Assembly: GCA_020536535.1 (NCBI GenBank)
Contig: JAHLWZ010000175.1
Location: forward strand, 1-35,027
Direction: 5' to 3'
DNA length: 35,027 bases
DNA from: Pelomyxa schiedti
Lineage: Eukaryota; Protista; Evosea
The translations under genes and the position numbers were made by a program. Under the pieces are notes generated by a model that was not told the origin of the DNA, did not search any database, and saw nothing but the letters and a program-made list of their open reading frames with translations. Below, in pieces: positions 1 to 12,598 of this stretch. Every line of letters starts with the position of its first letter. Positions within the stretch are counted from its first letter, which is position 1.

Positions 1-101
1 GATATCAGAGACGTAGGTGCAGACACATCAACCAGGACATCAACCTGGACATCAACCAAACCCGCGTCCCTGTACGCTGTACAAGATCCCTCTTTTCGCA
101 T
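1..101 (-). CDS. Possible 5' end of a gene running off the window (MRKEGSCTAYRDAGLVDVQVDVLVDVSAP...)
   Basis: ATG at 101 in an A-rich context (aataaaATG), open to the window edge and divergent from TANGO2. No homology recognised. Confidence 0.3.
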   Translation of the reverse strand, partial: MRKEGSCTAYRDAGLVDVQVDVLVDVSAPTSLI

Positions 102-182
102 TTTATTGTTCACCCGTGTATCTCGAAAAGAAACTGAAAAACAATCAATCGAACGTGCTGTGGGTTTTGAGCGAGACAGAAA

Positions 183-1509
183 ATGTGCATTATTGGGTTG
201 TGCCTCGGAGTCCACAAATTGTTTCCATTCATTTTGTGTTCGAATAGAGATGAGTTTGTTGTATGCCTTTTACCCTTTTTTTTTTCCCCCAATGCTTATG
301 AGACTAAGTATGGATAGGACAGGGGAAATGTGGGCACTTCTCCTGTTTTAAACAAGGAAACTGGAATTATTGCTGGGCGAGACACATTGAAAGGTGGTAC
401 TTGGTTGGGGCTTAACACTATCACAGGTGATCTTAACAATCAAAAAGTTTACCTCAGAACTCTTTAGGTCTTTTTTCAGCAGTAACCAATGTTAGGAGTG
501 GTACTGCAAAGCGAAGTAGGGGAATTCTAGTTTCTGATATATTGGGTAGTACACCAGCTGCTGAGATGTTGAAATATAAGTACCTGGATACAGTAATTCT
601 TGTGCTCCAACGTTCCACAGGCAGGAGTTCGCTGGGTTTAACCTTCTCTATGGAAGAGTTCTTGGTGATTCTAGCAACCCAAAGCCGGCATTGTACTATG
701 CAACCAATAGAGATCCTGATCACCCTGATAATACCACAACCCCCACTTTTCAAGACGGAGTATTTTCCATGGGAAATGACATCCTTGGAGAGGAGACAGT
801 CAAAGTCTACCTCCCAAATATATTTTTATCACTTAACCTACCTCAGGTTCCATATTTAACGAATGGGATAAAACGAGTTGTAGAACAGCACACCCAATGG
901 GATTCCACAAGTGCTGCAGCTGAAGGCCTTCGAAATTCTCTCGCAAACCTTATGAGTGATTCTTCAATTCCCTCACATTCATGGTTGAGAATAGTTGAAA
1001 AGTTTCTCCCTTTCTCAAGGGTACGACCTCTGCAGCCTGCCTTCCATACTTTCCTCTCCATCTTTGCCACCTTGAGTATTACTTTTTTGTTACTGTCACT
1101 ATTAATGACTTGTAGTATTGCCAGTAGGTTGTACCCACCAACTTTTTTCTTCTTAATAATAATCAGCAAGGCTATTCTGGGCAAGTACCGCGAGTTTTAT
1201 TTTAGCACTTGTTGTAGGGTTTAGTCACCACGTTGAGTTACAAAGAATATTTGTTGACATTCACCCGCCTTTCGTCGGGTTCTTACCCTCCTGGCGGTTT
1301 TCCACTGTAAACATTCCCCTTGTTCCCCCGCACCCCATCTAATACCAAATCAGGTATCCCAGACAATCATACTAGTATCTCGCGACGGAGAAGTATTCTA
1401 TTATTTCCGGAACACTATTAGCGGAGGTAAACCTGCACCAGACACACCATGGACAACACTGCGTGCACACACAGAACCACCCCCGACAAGAACAAGCGGC
1501 CATACTTAG
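183..1509 (+). CDS. TANGO2: TANGO2/NRDE-family protein (Ntn-hydrolase-like fold), multi-exon, with an inserted hydrophobic hairpin
   Basis: Spliced translation gives MCIIGLCLG...FILCSNRDEF, IIAGRDTLKGGTWLGLN, AVTNVR...SRGILVSDIL, EFAGFNLLYG, YYATNRD, IFVDI...STVSQTIILVSRDGEVFY, the ordered NRDE family motifs. TAG at 1507-1509. Confidence 0.88.
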
Positions 1510-1861
1510 ATTCGGCGTTCAACGCAAGACTTTCCGTTGGACCTTTTTTCCTCTAATCTCCATAACCGGTAGTCAATCACAAAAAAACCGACCCATTCAA
1601 GGGAGTGAACAAAAGAAAACAAAGATAAGGGGAAAAAAAAAGAAACCAGGCCAAAGGCCGCACCGCCGCTGTGCGTCTCGAAACAACGCGACAAAACGAA
1701 AAACAAAACAAAAAAACGTAACAACTTCGAACCCCTCTAACTGTTTGTTGTCAAACAGGTAAAGGCCAAAGGGGGGGGAGTCGCTCTTTTTTTTTTTTTT
1801 TTTTCCGTAACAAGTCTGTACACTGACAAGGAGGATTGAAAAACATCCATACAACCTCAAA

Positions 1862-3858
1862 ATGTCTGCCAATCAAATTAGTTTGCAGCAATTCCAACTT
1901 CTTCAGCAACAATTCGCACTTCAGCCGCTCACTCCTCAGACACCGACGCCACAACAACTCCGAATGTTGGCGTGCCAGCAGCAACAACTGGTACAGCAAC
2001 AACAGCAACAATTACAACAACAGGCACAACCACAGCCGCCCCAGCAGCAGCAGGCGTCCCATAATCCCACCCCGTCGGCCCCCCTGCCTTGTCCCTCCAC
2101 AACTTCTCCTCTCAATGGATGCCCCTCGTCGTCGACATCATCCTCCTCATCGTCGACGATTACATCAACCGGCACATCATCACCTCCCTCGTCCTCAACA
2201 TCGTCACCGTCTCTAAGTTCTAATTCTGGAGCCGGAGGAGGAACTTCACCTGTTTTGAACCAAATAGGTAACCAACCACTCACTCCACACTCTATTGCTA
2301 TGCAGCTACAGCAACTGCAGCAATTGCAATTGCAACTTTTGAATTCACAGAAGCAGCAACTGCAACAGCAGCAGCAAACATCACCTCTTCAGTCCACTCT
2401 GGCATCACAACCACAATCACAAACACAGCCTTCACCACAACAATCACCACCAACTCCTTTGCCAACTCCTATCACACAGCAGACAGCACCCTCCACCCCT
2501 ATACTCAGCTCTGCTGCCCCTCCTGCCCTTCCCCTGGCCCCACTTCCTGCACTTTCACCTCAGGCTCCTTTGTCATCTTCCCCGGCGTACCACGTCATTC
2601 AGCATCAGCTTTTGCGCCATCTTGTCATTCTCAAACAGCAAGCTGCTGCAGAAGAACGATTTGCAAAAAATGGAATACAGAAGAACGTTCATGTGGTTGT
2701 CAAGAATAGTCCTTTTGTTGTTCAAGTTGGCCAGAACCCTCAAGCCCAGCTACCACACTTTGACCTAAGCAGGGTTGCGTTTGAGTGTAGCTTGGTCTAT
2801 GATACTGATGTTCCTGATCCACAGCTGTCTAATCAGCCTGCCAAGGTTTGAGTGTACTGTACTTTCTTCCTTCTCACCTAAGTAGTATGTTGACTTTGTA
2901 CGAGTCAAACCTATGGAATTCAAAGCTGTCCCAACTGAGCGGGGGGACCAAGTTTCTGTAGAATTACGCATAAAAGTACTAACCAGCCAACATGAGGATA
3001 TGTTCTTCAGGTGAATTTTGTATTCCTCTAGTAAAAAAACTCAACTGTAAACTAGAGTTCTTATCCAGGGCCTTGATCCCATAACAAGAACACCAATTAC
3101 AAATCTCAGGATTTATACTGAGCCTATCAAAGTAATAAGCAAACCTGAACAAATCAAAAGAAGGTGAAAATTCGCCTGTGTTCTACATCATACTGATTCC
3201 TTCAGGTTGGCAGAAGACACTGTATCTGACACAAAAACGTACATCCAATCACAGTAATATGTATTCTTACTTGATTCAGTCCCAGAATAATGACCAGCTC
3301 TTCAATGCCAGTTTCCGCTCCAAGGAAAAGGAACATGAACGAGTCCCTTGTTGACTCCCTTGGTCGTATCGAGCAGCAGCAACAGCAACATGGGAAAATG
3401 TTAGAACAAATTCTGGAGATGCAACAGCAAATTTCCCCAGCAAAGAGACCTTGCCTAGCACTCCCATCCTCAACAAAGAGTGAGTTCTTTACCCTACTGT
3501 CATGTGTCTAAATTGCATAAAGGTTGTGAATCAGAAATGGAATTCAGTGCTGCTTTTAGTTGCTTGCTTAAGTCATACAGTGCCCTTGACAGAGATCACA
3601 GGGCAGTTGCAGTCCGGCACTTAGTCCGGACTGTTAATCCCTCTGACTTTGATAACCTCTCAGAGATGATAGACATGCTAAATGCCGGTCAGTTTTTGCT
3701 ACTCTGTTGCTTTTTTACCCACTAATCCCGATACAGAAGGGCTCAAAAAAGAGCTAGGACAAGCAATTCCCCCAACTACAACAACACTACCAGCCCTCAA
3801 TTGTGAGTTTGAGGAATTCTGTAGAGACTTTGCCACAACTCAGTCATACTACTTTTGA
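1862..3858 (+). CDS. CudA-family transcription factor with poly-Gln/Ser/Pro N-terminus, multi-exon
   Basis: Core domain VVVKNSPF...SLVYDTD...YVDFVRVKPMEF...VELRIKVLTSQHEDMFFRV...EPIKVISKPEQ after removing introns 2846-2885, 3011-3055 and 3164-3205. Later exons encode NESLVDSLGRIEQQQ and FSCLLKSY. TGA at 3856-3858. Confidence 0.85.
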
Positions 3859-3925
3859 ATACCTCCGCCTATGTAATTTAAGACACTCCCCATCATGTTT
3901 TTCCCCAAAGAAGTTTTATTTTTCC

Positions 3926-6396
3926 TCACGGAAGTTGGTGCTGGGTTGATGGTTTTTTGTTGAGGTTTTGGATGGCCTGGGAAAGAGCAGTGATCATGTC
4001 ATTCTTGCCAGTTTGGGAAGAGGCACGCAGAAGGAGACTTGCTTCACCAGAGTGGACTTCCAATGCGTTGTTGAGTGTCATGCCCATCACTTCTGCATGT
4101 GCACAAACAAGTGCGCGAGTTTTAAGTTAGAGTGAGTCACTCCTGACAATAAACAAAGACCATTTCTACCTTGACCATCGGGAATGTCTCGCAGCCTCGC
4201 TCCGGCCAAGTTTGCTTTGGCACACAGGAACATAGTGCCTTTTTTTGTTTTCTCAGTGAAGAGCAGCATGTCAGTGAGAAGGTAGTATGTGGTGTTTCGT
4301 TGTGTTTGCCCTCCAACATCAATTATGGATATCTCACCCTCCCTGTTCACAGTTGAGTATAACTTATTTAAAAAAAAACCCAGAGACACCTTATTATGAA
4401 GCGCTCAGGTGCAAGTAGATTCTACATGGAATGAGTGCCAGAGTCATCAAGTCTTGTTTACCATACATACATTTATTTTTGGTACAAGTTGTTTTGACAA
4501 GTTTTTGAGATCTTCTCGTTTTTGTTCTTCCCGTTCTTGATAGTCCTTGGGTGGTATAAGTCTAAAAAAAAAAAAAGAACAGGATTACCTGTTCCATGTT
4601 GATCTCCTCACATATTTGGTGGGTATGTGCTACACAAGGACACAGAAACCTTTGGTCTGGGTGCATTGGATGCGTTACATGGCTTAGTTTCTGGACATTC
4701 TAAAAAAAACTTGATAAGGTTTTTAGTGATCACCTTGAGAAGTAAGAAATAGCGAGGTAGCCTCTGAACAGGTTGGATTAAGAAAGATGTTATGTCATTT
4801 CCAGTCGTTCCACACAGTTTTCCCTCCAGTACCTTTACCTTTGTTAATCCGACTTTTAGGGTTTTTCAGTATACAGATAGAACTTCTTTAAATCTTTTAT
4901 TCTTTTCCGAGCATTTGTGCAGAGTTTTGATGGCGAGTCGATAATTGACAATGTATTCTTTATGTATCCGAGAGAAATCAACATGCGTTATCTACAGTAA
5001 GTGTGAGGTGGGCTCACTTTGGAAGAAGTACATGTTCAAGAAGAATATCCCCAATAATTTGAGCAGGCCTCCAGCTCGAAATTCTTGGTTCTAGATTCTT
5101 AACAAGTCTTTCACTTTGCTGAAGTATTATAGCTGACTTGTGAAAAATCTTAAAAAGGGGTTAATTGTGGCTAAACTTAGGGGATAAACATCAAAAATAT
5201 TGTGCGGAGAGATAATAGGTTTGCCAGTATTCACAGCTTCTTGAAAGTGTAATCTAAAAACCTAAATTCCCTGTGTGAGAGGAATCTTTACACTGAAGGA
5301 AAAAAAGTAACCTGAAGTGCCTTCAAGGCAGAAATGTAAGATTGCTCTGTTGTATAAAGTTCAAAGACAATATTCTTCCTGTTTTCGTCTGTTCTCAAGT
5401 TGGTAGGCCTTAATACATTGTGTGCGTACTCATTTCTTTTAGTTCGCGGCGCACTAGCCAAGATTTCACTGCTGCAGCAATTAAAGATGCTGCTTGTTCC
5501 TGTCGAATGCTTTCTTCAGTTGGAAGTGGCAACGGTGGGGGGGGATAGGCAATGATTCCAGCTGCCTGGGATAGAAATAAGGCAGGAAAGGAAAGGGGAG
5601 ATTACCTTCTGAACAGAGGAGCAGGGGGCACTCCGCCTTCTTCCATGTGTGAAAGGAGACCCAGGGCAAGGTGGGTCAGTTACACCGCCAGCTGTTTACG
5701 TTTAGAAACTTTCATATTAACAGGAACCAATACCACTTTGTAATACAAGTGCTTTGTCAGTCTTGGTCAATTGAACTGGAGAAAGAGGTTGAAGGAGTGG
5801 GTCACCTAAGGCACGTCTGGGAGTAGCAAGAGGACATGATGGTGACTGAATATCATTCACAGGCTTTGAGTTGTTGAGAGTGGCACGGAGGAGAGCATTC
5901 TCTATTCATTAGTTGGGTGAATATCAAACAGAACAATCAGACCAGCTTTAACAATTTTATAGGCCTCCTGTGCTAAATGAACTTCAGACTGTAAAAATCT
6001 GACCACTGACTGAAGTATTACTCCAAATACAAATGGTGTATTGCAAGAGAGTCAAAAACCTCGAACTACACAATTGATATCGTGTTCAGAGTGCCTTGCA
6101 AGTAAATCTCGCAACACTTCGTCTATTTGCCCAGCGGAAAATGACTCGTGTCGTGGGCTAACTTTTTCTTCCGCTGCATTCGCGTCGTTGGGCGTTGGAC
6201 TGTTATTGCCAGTTGTACGTAGGAGAGCCGCGCCACGAGGGGTGAAAACGAGTGAATCGTGACCCACGTAAGATGACACAAACTGAGGCAGCGTTACGTC
6301 GACATTGCTGCAGGAGCGACGCGCACAATGCATAGTGAGGGGCGGAGGCGGATCTAGAGATCCCGGTGTGAACTGCATTATGTTGCCAGGCCACAT
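3926..6396 (-). CDS. RhoGEF (DH-PH) protein, multi-exon
   Basis: DH motifs IVFELYTTEQSY and ITSFLIQPVQRLPRYFLLLK, followed by PH-like YYLLTDMLLFTEK...LLLRASSQTGKNDMITAL. Stop at 3926-3928. The start at 6396 is inferred. Confidence 0.85.
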
Positions 6397-6601
6397 TTTT
6401 TTTAATGTTGTGCAGAAACAAAGATGGAGCCATCACCGCGCAATGCCCCTGCAGGGAACTACAGCTTTCGCCTAACAAACAATTTAGCTTTTTAGCTTTT
6501 ACTGTTGGTGTTGGTTGGTAAAGCGAAAAAAAAAGCTCGTTTATTCGTCACAGGGTTGCACGTGAGTGCCAAAATAAAGTAAACTGGAAGCAGGCAATGG
6601 C

Positions 6602-9600
6602 TCAGCTGAGGCTTGGTCTGGGATTTTTGGAGTGTGACAAATCAAACTTAAGGTCTTGCAACCACAGCAGCTTCTGGAGGTAGTTGTTGCACACAAAGCA
6701 GTGAACCTTCTTCTTCTTGAAGAGCTTTGCTCCCACCTCCAGCTCAAACCCCATAGGGAACTTGGAGGAGTCACTTACAACTGCGGAGGATAAATCCACA
6801 ATAACCAGCTTGCACCTTCCAAACAGCGAGGCCGGCCGGGCATAAAACAAGTGAGAGGGGGTCAGCAGTGTGTATGTCTCTTGTGCTTTTCCTTTGTCCA
6901 GCACAACTTGTAGAGTTTCGTCCCTGATTACTTTCACGCCAGTGGGCAGTGCTGCGGAAAGGCTGGGGTCATTCATATCGGTCTCGCATAGTGAGCACAG
7001 ATGTTCTATCTTTTGCGCGTGGGCTACCGATGCATTTATTTCCGCAATGAGTCCTTGGGTGAAAGTGATACAGGAATCGAGGGCTTCGTGTTCTTCAGTG
7101 TTTTCGTGAGGCACGAGCTTCTGCATCTCACGCAGTAGCAATGGATATCTGTAGGAAAAGAGTATTTCAAGGATTACTTGTTTTCACTTTAACTTAATTT
7201 CATTTTATGCTAAAAAGTGGGAGACACCTGCAAATTCTTTGGACCGGTTTGATGAGGTAGCCCTTCAAATCTAGTGACTTGCATTCCGGTCTTTGCTTAC
7301 AGGCAATGAGAAACTCATGAAACTTTGGGTTTTTATCCAGAGCGTCTATCGTTTGCAAGACCTTTGATATGCCTTAAAACTTTGTTAAGTCAAACTGGTA
7401 CACACCACATCTTGACCGCTGCAATATACCGAATAAGCCTTGGTAATCTCCTCCTGGAGGGATATAAAAGCATTTCCTACTGGAGGAGGGGTGTGTGGCT
7501 GAGCCTTCAATATCGCTGAGGCTTCTTGAAGTTTTACAAGCAGCTGTCTGCAAGAGATAAGTCCAAGCTTTCAGGCAATGTGCATACTTGTTCACTGGTG
7601 GAAGATCTCGAATATTGATGAATATTGTTGAAATATCTTTCTCTGTAACAAAATCTACAGTTTCCAGAGGTGTTAAAAATACAGAGATGATTATCTCGAG
7701 ATCTGCAACATAATTTTCCTGTGGAGTTTATTTCGTTATTGCGCGTTTTGTTTTGATCAAGCCACCTCTGTAAAGCAAAGCTCTTGCATTACATGTAAGC
7801 GGGATCTCTCAAGCTCATTGAGGGTGGAGTCCTATATGAAGAATAGTCAGAGTAGATGAGGAAATTTTTTTCGGAAGCACCTCGGGTTCATCAGGGACGA
7901 AAAATGCTTGTGATGAAGAAGTTCTAGTCACAAAATCCTGGGAAGTATGTAAATTACAATTCCAGGAGATGACGAGCTTACCCCTGATGATGTATTGATG
8001 GGAGTTGCTGAAGTGGATGCCTGTGGTTGTACTTGGGGTGTGGAGGGAAGTGGAGGGGTAACGGACTGTGTTGTTGAAGTTGTGTTTGGGCTGGGTGGTA
8101 CTGCTGGAAGCGGATGCGATGGTCTCGATGGCGGGGGAGGCAGTGCGTGGGCTGGAGGTCTTGGTGGTTTTGCCGGTGCTACTACTTTTGGTGTATCAGA
8201 CCTGGGCAAATCTGCTGGGTTTGCATCACATACAGGATTTGTGATGGGAGTCGATGCACTCATGTCGTTGCCGTTTGCCATATCCTTCTGTGGATCTGAA
8301 TCGGATCGGGGCCGCAGAGCAGATTTAGGGGGCTCAGATAGCCGGTTGTGTCTTAGCGTCGTACTGGTGTGATGTGTGGAAGGAAGCTTGTCCTGTGGGG
8401 TTGGGGGAAGTGGTGCAGATGGTGGTGCTGGGGGGGTAGCTGTATGTGAGGATGTGGGAGTACGGGGTGCCTCTTTCTTCTGTGGTGGTGGCGGTGGTGG
8501 TGGTTGTGCGGGAATGACGCGTCTCGAAGCTTGTGCTTGTTGGGCGTGGGAGGTTGATGGGGAGTTTACTTCCCCAGTTGATGGTGTGCCAGTGGCACCA
8601 CTTGGCGTAGAAGGCAATTGTTGGGTGGTCTCTTTCGGTATTGGGATTTCTCCTTTTACTGGTGTTTCTTTTGGCGCGGGGGTTTCTTTTGGTGTGGGAC
8701 TTTCTTTATGGGTTGGCTCCTTTTGTGTTGGAGCTGTTTCTTTCTGAGCAGGAGGTTCTTTGTGTACTGGCACCTCTTTCAAAGTCTGAGTTTCTTTTGG
8801 CGTAGAACCAGAGCTCTCTTTTGGTGTGGTTTCTTTTTGTGCAGGAGGTGGAGGAGGTGGGTTTGCCGGTGAAGAGTCAGAGCGTCTGCGCGTTTTCGTT
8901 TTGGCTGAGGGTGATGCAGGGACTGTTATTGAACTCTGAGCCGGAGCAGTAGAGCTATTATTATTCTGTGATGCAGGAGGAGTGCTGCTACTACTGCTAG
9001 TGTGAGACGAGGTGGTGAGTGGGTTATTATTGGTAGTCGTAGTTGCACTGGCATTAGCAGAAGCAGAAGCCAAATTCGGAGTCTGCAGACTCACAGGCGA
9101 TGAACTAGGCGCCGGGAGAAGCGATGTGGATTTTCCGCAGGCGGTGCAGAATTTAGCCTTTGGGAGAAGAGTGGCATCGCAAAACTTGCAGGTGCACGAG
9201 TCCTTGGGAGGAGGCGCGGCCACCACCGGCTTCTGAGTGTTCGAAGTACCGCAGCCAGTGCAGAATTTGAACGAGATCGGCACCATTGCCTTGCACTTTG
9301 GGCAAGGGTTGGTCGCGACTTGTGGGATCCCCGGCGATGGCGAAGTGGCTGGAGAGGGCGTCGAAGTCGGTGTTGATGTTGCCGCTGATGTGGATGTTGA
9401 TGTGGTTTTTTCGGAACCAGAAGGTGGTGGTGTTGATGGTGGTGTGTGTGCTGCGACCGGGGTTCCAAGTGACCCACATAAGGAGCAGTACCTTGGGGAA
9501 ATTTGTTCGTTGGGGGGAAAGGGGAAAAGACAGAAAAAAAAAGTTCCTTTAACACAATGCAGGCAGGGGAGGGAGAGGAGGTATTATGGGGAGCGGGTGC

Positions 9601-9659
9601 GTTTGATTTTAATTTATGTACTTGTGGGCGACTTTGCAATGGCAACGGGTGCATTCCAT
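6602..9659 (-). CDS. RhoGEF (DH-PH) with three N-terminal zinc-ribbon units and a long Pro/Thr-rich linker
   Basis: MECTRCHC..KYCSLCG, CPKCKAMVPISFKFCTGCG and CKFCDATLLPKAKFCTACG at the N-terminus. DH motifs ENYVADLEII and GYLIKPVQRICRYPLLLREMQK. C-terminal PH ending KLLWLQDL. Stop at 6602. Confidence 0.88.
8630..8845 (-). repeat. Coding repeat of about 6-aa [P/Q/H]KExxx units in the RhoGEF linker
   Basis: QKETTPKESSGSTPKETQTLKEVPVHKEPPAQKETAPTQKEPTHKESPTPKETPAPKETPV. Confidence 0.7.
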
Positions 9660-10128
9660 CTCGTTCACGCTACTTCAACCTTTGTTTTTTTTGTGAAATT
9701 TGGATCTCTTCAAAATCGTGATCGCGAGTTCCCATTTTCCCAGTCACCCCCGAATTTCCCATTCTCTCATCGAACTCAGCACTCCCACACTCGTGTCTCC
9801 CCCGACGCCCTTTAGCACATGTGGCCGAGCCATTGATTGATGCCCTCCAGGAGAGTCACGGTCAGATCTGTTGTAACTGGCTCAGTCCCAGCTGGTTTCG
9901 AGAGGCGTTGGCCGCCTTGCGTCGCTCCCTACACAGTCATCACCCCTTCACGAGGAAGAAGAACACTTCGTAGCACAGCAGCCATCCACTTTGACAGCAG
10001 TACCCTCATTCACCGACCCCACAACAACATCAACGCCAACAATATCAACATCAACACTCGCCGCAACAACCCCGAAATCCAAACACCCCGCCTCCTACCT
10101 CCCATTATCGTCGTCTGACACATCGATA

Positions 10129-12478
10129 ATGATGCTCCCTGCGGCCTACAACCCCACGAGGCCCCACGCTCGAAGCTGGGATTCCTCGTCCTCCTCGTCT
10201 TCTCGTTTCCTGTGCGCGTGTTGTTGTTGGTGCTGGCGCGCGTGCTCCGCAGTTGCACGGTCGCTGTGCCGGCCTTTTTTCGGCGGCGCGAGATCGCCGG
10301 CTCATCACTGGAAGTACGACGGAGATGACGACGGATATTACAATAATGGGAAGAGGTGCAATTGCTGTGGTGGCGGCGGAGGAGGAGCTTCCTCGCGTAA
10401 TTATGGGTGCTGCGGGTGTGGGAATGCCGCGAGGTGCACGAGGGGCAGGATTTGTGCAATTTTGATGGCGGCCACTGTTCTTTTTGCTCTGGTGCTTCTG
10501 GTTGTGAAGTGGGTCGAAGTTGGTATTCTGTGGAATTCAACATCATTCCACCATTGGATTGAGTTCTTGGTGTATTTATGGACTTGCAGGTAATAGGGAA
10601 CTCCAAATAGAGAAATTGTTGTTTTTGGAACAAGCTTCGGGAAACTATGGTTACAATGGCACAATAGACTCACTCAGAAGATCTGATTTCCCGTACCTGG
10701 AAGGTTGGTATTATTTACTATGGCTTGTTGACTGTGGTTCTAATGATACTAGGCAATGTGTACCTGGATTATACAGGGAGTGGGCTCTACCAGTACCATC
10801 AAGTAAGTGCTTTCACTGACAATCTCTTTGCAAATCTCTATGGGAATGCACGTATGAAAGAAAATGAGAAACCGAAATGTGACCATGCCTCTTAAGATAG
10901 CCCAAGTCCTTGTAGTAAGAAAACTGAACAACAAATTGACGCTGTCAGAGAGATTATACTCAATTTCTTTAATGCACCAATTGACCAATACACAGTTATC
11001 TTTACATCAGGTATTATTGTATCATGTATCAAGGACTTAAATCCTTCAGGTTGCACAGGTGCTTTGAAGTTAATAGGAGAATCATTCCCTTTCACATCAA
11101 AGAGCCAATATGTGTACTTAATTCAAAACCACAACTCGGTTCTTGGAATTAGAGAGTAACCTGGCGATTCTTTTTAAGCATCATAACCAATTCCCCAGGT
11201 TTGCACAAGCTAAAGGAGCTTCCTTTGAAGCCCTTTCAGAGAGTGATGTCCCCAACTTTTTCCAGCAGGCATCTGAAAGATGTTCTGCCCCTATGGGGTC
11301 GTACAGTTTGTTTGCGTTTCCAGCTGAAGACAATTTTGAAGGAGTCAAGTACCCTTTGGAGTGGTGTGAAGTTGTTCATAATGCTTCTACATGTGAGAGG
11401 TAATATGCAGTTGTGATAGGAGTGGCCCTTTAAAATACATTATTGAAATTAAGTTAACCTCAAGTATACAAGAACTTGGCTCGTATTACTAGATGCCGCA
11501 GCATTCGTACCAACATCACCCCTTGATATATCAAAATACCTGCCAGACTTTGTCACAGTATCGTTTTATAAGATATTTGGGTTTCCCACTGGTTTGGGAG
11601 CCCTAATTCTACGTAAAGAAGTGGCCCGTAAACTTCATTCTGTGTGTACTTCAAATTTTTAAAAACTTCTACTGATTTCTGAAGGTGTATTGGGGAGGAG
11701 GACAAGTTGTTGCCTCTTTGAGTACACAGCATTGGCATCAACTATCACCCGAACTTCATGAACAATTTGAAGCTGGAACTGTGTCGTTTCTGGATATCAT
11801 GGTATGAGCAAGTCTTATCAAGCAGGTTCTGATGGAAAGTACCTTTTTCAAGTCTGTGAAATATGGTCTGGAATTCCTTGCCAAAGCCGGGGGGATGGAA
11901 TCTATTTACAAACACACATGCTCTCTGGAAAAATATCTTTATCAGCATCTATCCTCTCTGCAACACGCCAATGGGCAAAAAGTGGTAGAAGTATACGGCA
12001 AACATGACCTTGGTGACTGTTCAAAACAAGTTGCACAATCCCATGCAGCCAACAAACACACTAAAATGCTTTTCAGGGTCCAATAGTGACCTTCAATGTA
12101 TTTCACCCTGATGGCACATATGTCACGTTTTCTGAGTTCCAGACTCTAGCAGCCAGTGCCAACATTCATGTCCGGACCGGATGTAAGTAAACACATCGAA
12201 TTTTACATTATTTTTCACTTAAACAACACACAGGTACGTGCAATCCAGGCGCATGTCATGCTGCATTGGGACTTGCACCGGAAGATGTGAAGCGTGTAGC
12301 AGAACAGTATGTTGAGACTGTAGAAGGAGGTTATGAGGCTTGCCCTGTCACTACAGAGATTGGCGGTAAGCCCTTTGGGGCAATCAGGGCTTCTATTGGC
12401 TACCCTTCCACCTTTGAGGACATATTCAGCTTTCTGGTGTTTATGCAGGATAATTTTGTAAAACTTGAAGGAAATTGA
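10129..12478 (+). CDS. Molybdenum-cofactor-sulfurase-like (class V aminotransferase/NifS-like) PLP enzyme with a Cys-rich N-terminus and one TM segment; no MOSC domain
   Basis: Spliced motifs: [87 protein letters not shown] (PLP Lys), [21 protein letters not shown] (catalytic Cys region), GAIRASIG. Stop at 12478. The start codon is uncertain. Confidence 0.88.
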
Positions 12479-12598
12479 ATTGAAGTCTCCAAGCTTTAAC
12501 ATGTTTTCTCGGGCTTCGCATGTGCAGTGCTCTGTTTCCTTCTTTTCGAAAAAAATGAAAAAAAAGGAAACCCCTTTTCATAAACAGTTTCTGGAACC

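Noticed and set aside
21-58. Three copies of a ~12-bp unit (gacatcaacc(a/t)g) as a CRISPR-like or satellite repeat
   Set aside because: There are no spacers. It is a short tandem repeat, likely coding (LVDVQVDVLVDV on the minus strand).
1770-1805. G8 and long poly-T tract upstream of the CudA-like gene
   Set aside because: Homopolymer tracts occur in most intergenic regions and introns here and are not distinctive.
7995-9815. Long plus-strand ORFs (also 28404-29111, 30943-31410 and minus-strand 1936-2283)
   Set aside because: These are antisense shadows of low-complexity or GC-rich coding exons.
11620-11690. Apparent non-canonical intron in the Moco-sulfurase-like gene
   Set aside because: Resolved by a canonical GTGTGT...GAAG intron giving EVARKLHS|VYWGGG.
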